Translations under genes and position numbers: made by a program
Source: a virus
Taxonomy: Duplodnaviria; Caudoviricetes
Strand: one strand, 5' to 3'
DNA: 64,000 nt
IMG/VR virus record: IMGVR_UViG_3300036982_000125
Location: 11,637-75,636 of that record
Shown here: piece after piece, positions 41,746 through 49,711 of the stretch
How the letters are laid out: the number at the start of each line of letters is the position of its first letter
Position numbering within the stretch: the stretch's first letter is position 1
Notes under the pieces: generated by a model
What the model was told of the DNA's origin: nothing
Databases searched by the model: none
Seen by the model: only the letters and a program-made list of their open reading frames with translations

Positions 41746-42060
41746 TTATATACTAGTTGTTGTTGTTGTAGTAGTGCTAGTAGAAGTACTTGTGCTTGTG
41801 CTAGTAGAAGTACTTGTGCTTGTGCTGGTTGTTGTACTAGGTGATGTTAATGTTATATCAATATAATTTGTACAATTACCTATAGATACCACTCTTACAA
41901 TAGTTGTAAAATCAGGCACTACTGAAGAAGAGTATCCTGCAAGTAACGATGCTTTAGAAACATTTGTTGCAAATGCTGATGTATAACCATCTAAGTTTGA
42001 AAACAAATTGAAGGGGCCTGAATCAGCCCCAGCAACTGTTAATGTTATTAATACTGTCAT
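41746..42060 (-). CDS. Small Ig-like decoration protein with terminal Thr/Ser tail
   Basis: 104 aa; ITLTVAGADSGPFNLFSN module; ends STTTSTSTSTSTSTSTSTSTTTTTTTSI. Confidence 0.65.
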   Translation of the reverse strand: MTVLITLTVAGADSGPFNLFSNLDGYTSAFATNVSKASLLAGYSSSVVPDFTTIVRVVSIGNCTNYIDITLTSPSTTTSTSTSTSTSTSTSTSTSTTTTTTTSI

Positions 42061-42103
42061 TAGTTTAAATTTTAGTTATTGGTTTATTATTAGTTTATAT
42101 AAA

Positions 42104-42907
42104 TCATGGTGGAGTTGGATTTGGAATTTCACATAATGCAAGTTCACCACAAATAATTGGAGTATTATTTGTAATAGATGAATCTGCAGCTGACATAACA
42201 TTATTATTTGTCACTGTACCACAATGAAGAATAGATGGATCAGCATATATGTAATATTGAACTACTTCACCCACAGTTTCATATAAAGGATTATATACTA
42301 CATCTCTATAACCAAATCCATCACATCCATCTAATCTAATACAACGATAAGGAGTAAAAGAAGTAGTTGTAGTGGTAGTTGTTGGTGCAAAACACTCACC
42401 ACCTACAGTTGTATATTCTGGATAGTTATCACTTATAAGTGGATTATCTGCACATATTACTTCTGCAGGACCTGAAGGCTCCACTTCAACAAGAATAACT
42501 AATGCACTACCACACTCTGTATATTCTACTGTATGAACCACTCCTACAATAGGATTTATTGTATATGTTGAACATGCTACTGGTGCAGATGTTGTACTTG
42601 TACTAGTTGTACTAGTTGATGTACTAGTAGAAGTACTAGTAGAAGTACTAGTTGAACTACTACTTGTTGTTGTAGTGGTAGGAACTAAACCAACTGTTAT
42701 ATCAATAGAATTTGTACATACACCTACAGAAGTCACTCTAATTATAGTTGTTCCATCAGGTACAAGTGATGTTGTGTAACCAGCTACTAAAACTGATGCA
42801 GCTACATTTGTTTCAAATGGAACTGTATATCCATCTATATTTGAAAAAAGATTGAAAGGACCTGCGTCCCCACCAATTGGTATAACCAATGTTATTAGTG
42901 TTGTCAT
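42104..42907 (-). CDS. Modular decoration/fibre protein (Ig-like + Thr linkers + Cys-framed modules)
   Basis: 267 aa; N-terminal paralogue of 41746..42060; two poly-Thr tracts. Confidence 0.65.
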   Translation of the reverse strand: MTTLITLVIPIGGDAGPFNLFSNIDGYTVPFETNVAASVLVAGYTTSLVPDGTTIIRVTSVGVCTNSIDITVGLVPTTTTTSSSSTSTSTSTSTSTSTSTTSTSTTSAPVACSTYTINPIVGVVHTVEYTECGSALVILVEVEPSGPAEVICADNPLISDNYPEYTTVGGECFAPTTTTTTTSFTPYRCIRLDGCDGFGYRDVVYNPLYETVGEVVQYYIYADPSILHCGTVTNNNVMSAADSSITNNTPIICGELALCEIPNPTPP

Positions 42908-42930
42908 ATTATTTTATTATTATTAGTTTA

Positions 42931-43260
42931 TTATAATTGATTAGCAACTCCTGTAAATGAACAATCTAATTCATTAGCAGTTCCAGTAAAATCACATACT
43001 GGACAACAATCTCCAAGTTGATTATCTATATTAAGAATTTCTTCTGTTATAATCATTACATCCTCAGTAATATTTGTTATACTCTCTGTAAGTTCATTTA
43101 CACTATTTTTAACATTACATATAACAGTATTTAATTTATCAAGGATTGTATTTAAATTATCACAAGTTTTTATATCTGTGCAAGGAAGTGGAGTGCTATC
43201 ATATGAGACAGCACTCGTTCCTAGTATTGTTGTATTATTTATTTGAGAGCAATTAGCCAT
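42931..43260 (-). CDS. Small fibre/needle-like coiled-coil structural protein
   Basis: 109 aa; shared Cys anchor module, heptad region, tandem CxFTGxANxL repeats. Confidence 0.6.
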   Translation of the reverse strand: MANCSQINNTTILGTSAVSYDSTPLPCTDIKTCDNLNTILDKLNTVICNVKNSVNELTESITNITEDVMIITEEILNIDNQLGDCCPVCDFTGTANELDCSFTGVANQL

Positions 43261-43269
43261 GTTTTATAT

Positions 43270-43788
43270 TTATAATACTGTTGTTGTAGTGGTTGTAGTT
43301 GGTTCCAATGTTGTACTTGTCGTTGTTGTAGGTACAAGTGTTGTTGTAGTGGTTGTAGTAATTACTACACTAGCACTTCCTGTAAATAAACAATCTAATA
43401 CTGTAGTTGTCGTAGTGGTTGTAGGAGCAATTGTTGTTGTACAACATACAGTTAATGCATTATTTATAGTAATTATTTCACTATTAATATTTAATATCTG
43501 ACTAGTTATATTACTTACTTGAATGTTTAATGTGTTAATCTGTGTTAATAGATTACATATAATCTCATCAATCTTTTGTAATATTACATTAAGTGTATCA
43601 CATGGCTCAGCTATTATACATGATAATACAGGACCATTATAAACAATAGTACTAGATCCAGTTATATTAGTACTACATGGATTGTTATTATTACAACCAT
43701 TATTAGTAATTACAGAACTACACCCACATGGATCATTTATAACTACATTTGAGCAGCTAGGATTTACTGGTAAAAAAGGATATGCCAT
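43270..43788 (-). CDS. Fibre-like coiled-coil protein with poly-Thr C-terminus
   Basis: 172 aa; IVYNGPVLSC...DTLNVILQKIDEIIC module; heptads; TTTTTT tracts. Confidence 0.6.
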   Translation of the reverse strand: MAYPFLPVNPSCSNVVINDPCGCSSVITNNGCNNNNPCSTNITGSSTIVYNGPVLSCIIAEPCDTLNVILQKIDEIICNLLTQINTLNIQVSNITSQILNINSEIITINNALTVCCTTTIAPTTTTTTTVLDCLFTGSASVVITTTTTTTLVPTTTTSTTLEPTTTTTTTVL

Positions 43789-43802
43789 ATCTTATTGATT
43801 TA

Positions 43803-44918
43803 TTAAGGTCTGTATTGAATATAATAACAACCAAGTCCTACTTGAACATTTGAGTGAGCACCATTACCACCTGTAGAAGCAATTGATATACTGTGTGTAT
43901 GAATTCCACTAGATGTGGTTAATCCTGCTACTCCTCCAACAATATCACTAATGTAAGGAGTTTCTGCATATAATGTACCTGCACCACCTAATCCATATTG
44001 TGTATTATGAGTATGTGCACCATCAGAAGCTATAGTTCCTATATGTGTATGTGCTGGAATTTGTATAGCACTAAGAATTGTTTGGTTTGTTGTTCCTCCT
44101 CCCGTTGCTAATCCATATGTTGGATTAAATGGAGAAGATCCTGGATTGGTATCAATTGGTAATGTTAATCCTAACATACTACCATCTGTTGTACCTACAC
44201 CAACTCTACCTCTTTTATCTGGTGTACTATTTCTACCATTACATAAATATATTTTTTCCCAAGGACCTGTTGCAATACCTGCACCTGTAGCATCAAAGTT
44301 ACCTGGTATAGGACCATAATATTCAACTACAGCATAAGGAACCATTCTATTATAATATTTTGCAGATCCACTAGCACCAGCTAAATAAGCTGCAATATAA
44401 TCATTAACTCCAGGATGACCTGGACTAGAAGTAATAGGTACATATTGATTTCTTAATTCTAATGTCAATGCTGCTAAATCAACTTCTAATGTACAAAGTT
44501 TAGTTATAACAGCTTGTACAATAGCATGTGTATCTGAAGAAGCTGTAACTCCTGTTAAACATCCAATTGTATAATCAGCATTCAATATAGCAAGTTCTGC
44601 TACAATAACATCAACTTGTTCTTGAAGATCACAAGCAGCTTCTATTAAAGCTTTTGATATATCTACAATAGAAAGATCTTTACATGTAGGAAGATACTTC
44701 TGTACAAGAGTACATACCACTGTAGGTGCAAGATCTATCTTTACTCCTGTACCATCTAATGTTGATACAAGGAATGTAATCAATGCTTGTTCTACAAAAG
44801 ATAATGAATCACCAGTTTGGATTCCTAGGACAGGAACATCTATTCCTGTATATTTAATACATCTGTCAGAGACAATCTCTGTACATCCGTTATAACAATT
44901 TGAGCAATGTGATGACAT
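43803..44918 (-). CDS. Tail fibre protein with tail-collar domain
   Basis: 371 aa; YLCNGRNSTPDKRGRVGVG...QIPAHTH...HTHSI...AHSNVQ is the phage tail collar (gp12/MdpB-like) pattern. Confidence 0.75.
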   Translation of the reverse strand: MSSHCSNCYNGCTEIVSDRCIKYTGIDVPVLGIQTGDSLSFVEQALITFLVSTLDGTGVKIDLAPTVVCTLVQKYLPTCKDLSIVDISKALIEAACDLQEQVDVIVAELAILNADYTIGCLTGVTASSDTHAIVQAVITKLCTLEVDLAALTLELRNQYVPITSSPGHPGVNDYIAAYLAGASGSAKYYNRMVPYAVVEYYGPIPGNFDATGAGIATGPWEKIYLCNGRNSTPDKRGRVGVGTTDGSMLGLTLPIDTNPGSSPFNPTYGLATGGGTTNQTILSAIQIPAHTHIGTIASDGAHTHNTQYGLGGAGTLYAETPYISDIVGGVAGLTTSSGIHTHSISIASTGGNGAHSNVQVGLGCYYIQYRP

Positions 44919-44929
44919 ATTATTTTATT

Positions 44930-45742
44930 TTATATTGTTGTTGTTGTTGTTGTTGTTATAGGTGTACAAGGTCCTACTGTAAATACAGTTCCATAAGCAA
45001 CATTATAACTATCTTTTATTGCACAAAAGAAATGTGAAATTCCTACTTTACCAGATGATTGTGAATAACTAACAGGTGCACCATAGCAATCTGTATATGT
45101 TAAAGTTACAAGTATACCTCCTGACTCTGCATGAGTAAGATTCCATATATAAGATGTACAAAGAGATGCTGTTGTTGTTGTAGTGCTAGTTGTAGGACAA
45201 GCATCTACAGGCATTACTACAATGTTTGATGATACAATCAAAGGTTTTTGTGTTTGGAAACAAATACTAGATAATCCTTGTAAAACTAATGTTTCTATTT
45301 CTCCTGTATCGCAATTAGATATTAAAAATGATTCTGGAATAGTTGCAGTGTTATATAATATAAATGATTTACAACCCATTGGTGAAGTGCTTGTAGTAGT
45401 GGTAGTAGGATTTGCTACTACATCAACATCACAAGGAATCTCTAAACAAGGTTCTGGTGTATTACATTTACTAACACAACCTGCTGTAATACGTATAACT
45501 CTGCTAGCTATCATAGCTACAGAGTATTCATGTACATAATCAGGATTGCAATACTTGTAAGTAAGTATTCTTCTATATGCTATCAATTGAAGCATATCAC
45601 CAGCAGGTATAGGTTGATTCAACATGTATGAAACATTGTTGTACAAACTATTACCAAGCTCTGCTAACTTGCAATTTATTTTTCTAAGTAAATCAGGAAT
45701 GTTAGAACATTCTGGGCAATTTGTTAGTCTTGGTGATAACAT
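44930..45742 (-). CDS. Tail hub-like protein with appended Cys-framed modules
   Basis: 270 aa; helical N-domain (CKLAELGNSLYNN), then Thr linkers and two Cys modules; identity inferred from synteny. Confidence 0.5.
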   Translation of the reverse strand: MLSPRLTNCPECSNIPDLLRKINCKLAELGNSLYNNVSYMLNQPIPAGDMLQLIAYRRILTYKYCNPDYVHEYSVAMIASRVIRITAGCVSKCNTPEPCLEIPCDVDVVANPTTTTTSTSPMGCKSFILYNTATIPESFLISNCDTGEIETLVLQGLSSICFQTQKPLIVSSNIVVMPVDACPTTSTTTTTASLCTSYIWNLTHAESGGILVTLTYTDCYGAPVSYSQSSGKVGISHFFCAIKDSYNVAYGTVFTVGPCTPITTTTTTTI

Positions 45743-45752
45743 GATATCAATT

Positions 45753-45848
45753 TTATTTATTTATTTTAGATGCACAATGTGCACACACTCCGTTTGTCAA
45801 TTGACAACCGCACCCTACATTAGCTCCACAGCTTGAACATTGTGCCAT
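45753..45848 (-). CDS. 31 aa Cys-rich microprotein (probable Zn-binding)
   Basis: MAQCSSCGANVGCGCQLTNGVCAHCASKINK; fills the gap between two genes with 2 and 10 nt spacing; below the ORF-track length cut-off. Confidence 0.75.
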   Translation of the reverse strand: MAQCSSCGANVGCGCQLTNGVCAHCASKINK

Positions 45849-45850
45849 AA

Positions 45851-46414
45851 TTAATAAAAGTTTAATTGGTAGTTGTTACCAGAACAACCACAGTTGGATT
45901 TAAGAAAATTGTTTAACATATTATCTGCTTGAGCATATAATGTATTTGATTCAAATTCTGCACAGTTATTAGCTGCTGCAATAGCTCCTTGAATAAAGAA
46001 GTTAATTGTATTTAATGTTACACTAGATTGAGTTTTAAGAGCCATATCACAAACCATCATATTTAATTGAAGGAAAGCATTATCAAACTTCTCTTGAAGT
46101 CTATCAACACGTAGTATTGTTCTTTCTACATAGTTTGCATATGCAGGAGCAACAGAATATTTTAATCTATATACTCCATCAGGAAGAGGTTGATTACAAC
46201 CAACTTCTGTTATTTCCAAATTAGATGATGTAAATACATTGATTTCATTAGGAACAAATGGTAGAATTTTGGTTCCAAATCCTGGTATTTCAATCTCAAT
46301 AGTTGGTGCTGAGACCACTGGAGGATTGGTAGGATATACAGAAGCATCTGCGACACCAATTGTAAGTACACTGTAAGTAGGAACTACTAATATATCTAAT
46401 TGTAAGTTTGCCAT
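45851..46414 (-). CDS. Tail hub-like structural protein
   Basis: 187 aa; Ig-like N-domain (LPDGVYRLKYSV) plus helical C-domain; synteny. Confidence 0.5.
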   Translation of the reverse strand: MANLQLDILVVPTYSVLTIGVADASVYPTNPPVVSAPTIEIEIPGFGTKILPFVPNEINVFTSSNLEITEVGCNQPLPDGVYRLKYSVAPAYANYVERTILRVDRLQEKFDNAFLQLNMMVCDMALKTQSSVTLNTINFFIQGAIAAANNCAEFESNTLYAQADNMLNNFLKSNCGCSGNNYQLNFY

Positions 46415-46429
46415 GTTTTTATAATAAAT

Positions 46430-46470
46430 ATGCCAGAGGAATATGAGTAGTATCCTCTTTCCCCTGGCAT
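46430..46470. other. Intergenic stem-loop
   Basis: ATGCCAG...CTGGCAT outer stem with inner GAGG/CCTC stem; no good U tract on the minus strand. Confidence 0.5.
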
Positions 46471-46504
46471 AGGTTATTTAATAATATTTTACTTCTGCTT
46501 ATCC

Positions 46505-47683
46505 TTAAGGAATGTTAGTAGAAGTTGTAGTAGTAGTAGATGCAGGAGCACTAGAAGTAGTAGTAGTTGTAGTGATACAAGGAGCACCTTGATCAACAAC
46601 TGTACCTAATGCAGCAACTAATACAGTAGAAATTGCAGCAGAAATACCACTTGTTACAGAGTTTGGAGCAGCAATAATTACTGTAGAATCTTCTTGAATG
46701 TAATCACCCCATTGGTATGCAGATTTATCATACTCATTAAATTTAATGTAATATGTATCATAAGTTACACCAGTAGATACCCAAGATTCAAAGTTCTCGT
46801 TGTATCCATTCATTCTGTAAAGGTGTTTCAAATATCCAGCTTGGTAGCTATAGAAGTTTTTCTCTAATTGAGCAATTTCTGCAGATTGTCCTGTAGCATA
46901 AGAAGCACGTTGTGTGATGATTGGTTGAGCAACAAAGTTACAAGCATCTGCAACAATAAAGTCAGCAGTAGTAGCTGGACCAGCATATACAAATGTTCTA
47001 AAAGACATTCTGTCATATTCAAAAGGGAATGCAGCTACATCACAAGGTTGTCCATAGATAGTCAATGGTTTTCCTGTAATACGTAAAATAGTTCCACCTA
47101 CATTTTCAAATGTATAGAATGTAGAGAATGAAATGTTGTCAGGGTTGTTTCCTGGAGCTTTCAAGTTTAATTGATAAATCAATTCATTAATGATAGTGTT
47201 ATCACTTACATCAGCACATGGGTTAGCATCACAATCACAACAAGGAGCTTGGATAGTTACTGAACGAGTGAAACCATTAAAATACAATGTATCAATATAA
47301 GAAGAGTGAGCACGTAAAGTTAACGTGATAGTTTCTCCACATTGTACAGTGAAATTAGTTACATCAGTAATTTGATTAGCCGCTGTTGGACATCCTGATA
47401 CTTTGTACCATTCAGTTACATTAGATTTACAAGCAGTACCTGTTACGCATCCAGCAATTCTATCAGATCTTTTAGATCCTTGAAGATAAGTGTTAGTTCT
47501 TCCTTGAGCTACATAAAAGTAAGGACTTGCTAAAATAGAAGTAGCATCAACTGCAGAATATGCACTGTTGAAGATACCTACTTGACCAGCTGTCAAGTTT
47601 TGTGTTGAAATCGAACCAGAGCTAGGGAGTGTTGTTTGCCCCACTGGAACCACGAAGAGCGTGGTTAATGAAAAATCAGCCAT
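46505..47683 (-). CDS. Auxiliary capsid/structural protein
   Basis: 392 aa, beta-rich, ending in a Thr tail; conserved slot downstream of the MCP in crAss-like phages. Confidence 0.55.
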   Translation of the reverse strand: MADFSLTTLFVVPVGQTTLPSSGSISTQNLTAGQVGIFNSAYSAVDATSILASPYFYVAQGRTNTYLQGSKRSDRIAGCVTGTACKSNVTEWYKVSGCPTAANQITDVTNFTVQCGETITLTLRAHSSYIDTLYFNGFTRSVTIQAPCCDCDANPCADVSDNTIINELIYQLNLKAPGNNPDNISFSTFYTFENVGGTILRITGKPLTIYGQPCDVAAFPFEYDRMSFRTFVYAGPATTADFIVADACNFVAQPIITQRASYATGQSAEIAQLEKNFYSYQAGYLKHLYRMNGYNENFESWVSTGVTYDTYYIKFNEYDKSAYQWGDYIQEDSTVIIAAPNSVTSGISAAISTVLVAALGTVVDQGAPCITTTTTTSSAPASTTTTTSTNIP

Positions 47684-47707
47684 TGTTTATTTATTTAAAT
47701 TAATAGT

Positions 47708-48439
47708 TTATTCGTTTGTTTGTATTCTAAACTGTGCACTTTGTACTGCAGCAGCATTCTCAGTATACATTGCTAGATTCTGTACTGTCAAATCTAACAG
47801 TTCATCTTCTAAATATAGTTCAAGTTCACAATCAGCATCATAAGATGGATTACCATCTAACATAATATATCCTGTTTTATTTATATACACTGGATATCTC
47901 ATGTACATCATGTAAACTTTAGTTGGGATAAACGTACCATCTGTAAAGTAACTTATCTCATCTGATGATAAAGAGTTGAATGTTTCTTGATATTCAAAAC
48001 TTGGTCTATAATGATCATTATTTAATATGAACTGAAGATCACCATGTTTGGCAAGATCTCGGTTAATCCAGATCTTTCTATCCTTACATCTACCTTTGTC
48101 TGCTAACAAATATGAATCTATGTAGAACATATATTGTGGACTAAGATTGTGTACATATGTACACCATTGATTCAATTCAACATTCTTTAACGTAAGATCT
48201 AAAGGCTGATGATTATAATTCATTATAAGACTTTGTAAGTCTTCATAACGTTTCTTAAATGAATCTAATCCTAATTGACTAGAAGTACTAATACCATCAA
48301 TCTTTTGTTTTATCAACTTAATCTGAGCTTCATTCAAAGCTAAGATTTTGTCTTCTAGTTGAATTTGTTGATGCTCATTAGTTGATAGTTTATTTAGTTT
48401 CTGATCGATCTTATATAATAAACTATCTACTGGTATCAT
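47708..48439 (-). CDS. Tail ring/head-tail adaptor protein
   Basis: 243 aa; N-terminal helical pair, central beta domain, C-terminal CELELYLEDELLDLTV typical of ring proteins. Confidence 0.55.
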   Translation of the reverse strand: MIPVDSLLYKIDQKLNKLSTNEHQQIQLEDKILALNEAQIKLIKQKIDGISTSSQLGLDSFKKRYEDLQSLIMNYNHQPLDLTLKNVELNQWCTYVHNLSPQYMFYIDSYLLADKGRCKDRKIWINRDLAKHGDLQFILNNDHYRPSFEYQETFNSLSSDEISYFTDGTFIPTKVYMMYMRYPVYINKTGYIMLDGNPSYDADCELELYLEDELLDLTVQNLAMYTENAAAVQSAQFRIQTNE

Positions 48440-48465
48440 ATGCTTTTATATTTTTAAACTAGCTA

Positions 48466-49437
48466 CTAAACAGCAGCTAGTTTTTTAGTTTTCAATTTAC
48501 CTTCTAATGTCAATAACTCATCTTGGTTATCATCATCAGCTAAGAATCTAATTAAATCTTCTTCATCTTTAGCTATCTCAAACTCACCTTCATAAACCTT
48601 ACCGTTTGGTTTGATTCTATATACTGAATGAGCTACAGCTTGTTTTACTAAATCTTTTATATGGAGTAAGGCTTCTTTCATATCTGCAAATCTATTGAAC
48701 ACTTCAACTGGACTCAATCCTGAATATTTACCATTCTTGAATTCTGTTTGTTTCAATACATTATCTACTAAGTTATAAACCACTTCTTCTTTTGTTTCTT
48801 CTGTTACTGGAAGACCTAAAAGTCTTGCAACTTTTTTCTTCTTCTCAGGAGACATAGAATCAAACTTAACAATAGCTTTATTAATCAATTGTTTTTTCTT
48901 GAAGATAACTGCGTTTTCAATCTCATCATCTACAACATAAAATTGTGTATCTGCTGCATATTCTCCTCTTTCCCAAGCTTGATATGAACTTGCAATTGTT
49001 GGATGTACTCTTAACCATGAAAAGGCTATTTCTTGAAAAGCATTTGATAAATCAAAATAGTTATCGCCATCTAATAACTTAACTACTTGTACGTGTGTTT
49101 GATCATCTGTAGAAGTTGATAAACCATAGTTCCAAAATTGTGAACGAGGTCCTAAATCAATATCACCTATTTCATTTTCAAGTTTTGTTCTAAGAGCTCT
49201 CACTCTTTCAATCTCTAATTCTTTTTCTAAAGGATCTTGGATTCTTTTAATGTACGTAGCATTCTCATCTAATCCTGTTCTGTACTTTCCATCTAATTCT
49301 TTATAAGGATATTTGAATACTCCTGTTCCAGGGATTCTTGTCATTCCTTTTTGTGATAGTCCACTATCCATTGTTTGAAGTTGAGCACTATTTGAATAGT
49401 CTCTCTTAATAGTAGAAATTTTGCCTGTCTTACCCAT
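48466..49437 (-). CDS. Conserved crAss-like protein downstream of MCP (function unknown)
   Basis: 323 aa, intact ORF in the position of the conserved post-MCP gene. Confidence 0.55.
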   Translation of the reverse strand: MGKTGKISTIKRDYSNSAQLQTMDSGLSQKGMTRIPGTGVFKYPYKELDGKYRTGLDENATYIKRIQDPLEKELEIERVRALRTKLENEIGDIDLGPRSQFWNYGLSTSTDDQTHVQVVKLLDGDNYFDLSNAFQEIAFSWLRVHPTIASSYQAWERGEYAADTQFYVVDDEIENAVIFKKKQLINKAIVKFDSMSPEKKKKVARLLGLPVTEETKEEVVYNLVDNVLKQTEFKNGKYSGLSPVEVFNRFADMKEALLHIKDLVKQAVAHSVYRIKPNGKVYEGEFEIAKDEEDLIRFLADDDNQDELLTLEGKLKTKKLAAV

Positions 49438-49471
49438 AATGTAGTTAAATTTAATAATTGGTTTTAATTTG

Positions 49472-49543
49472 TAGCGAATTGAGGACTCGAACCTCGCTTC
49501 TGGGTTATGAGCCCAATGTGCTAACCAGTTACACTAAATCGCA
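49472..49543 (-). tRNA. tRNA-Met(CAT), initiator-like, non-canonical stems
   Basis: TGCGATT-TA-GTGT..GCAC-A-TTGGG CTCATAA CCCAG-AAG-CGAGG TTCGAGT CCTCA-ATTCGCT-A. Three G-C pairs close the anticodon stem; 1:72 mismatch; no encoded CCA. Confidence 0.8.
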
Positions 49544-49548
49544 ATTTG

Positions 49549-49655
49549 TAGAGTGGTCCCACCGAAGGAACCTGAACCTAGATACTATCTATTTCAAACA
49601 CTCTATTTGAGAAGCTTCCCCTCGAGGAGGGAGAGGAGGTGAGGGGATTCTTCTC
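49549..49655 (-). ncRNA. Candidate structured RNA: anti-SD-loop hairpin plus three-way junction
   Basis: GAGAAG/CTTCTC and TCCCCTC/GAGGGGA stems with loop ACCTCCTCTCCCTCCTC (49609-49655); TAGAGTG/CACTCTA-closed junction with TAGAT/ATCTA and cUUCGg arms (49549-49605). Confidence 0.6.
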
Positions 49656-49657
49656 GG

Positions 49658-49698
49658 AAAAAAGAGAAGTATGCTGTTCTTGTGGTAAGCATTACTTC
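49658..49698 (-). terminator. Terminator-like hairpin after MCP
   Basis: GAAGTAATGCT-N12-AGCATACTTC followed by TCTTTTTT. Confidence 0.55.
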
Positions 49699-49711
49699 TT
49701 CAGTTTCATTA

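Noticed and set aside
41755-45430. Tandem ACT/ACA/AGT repeats as CRISPR or DGR repeats
   Set aside because: They are codons for Thr/Ser tracts; no spacer-repeat periodicity, reverse transcriptase or TR/VR pair.
49438-49471. Theta (HDV-like) ribozyme after the tRNA
   Set aside because: The trailer is a 34 nt A/T-rich TIR with no pairing potential.
49634-49642. 16S rRNA fragment
   Set aside because: Only the 9 nt anti-SD matches; the flanks do not resemble helix 45.
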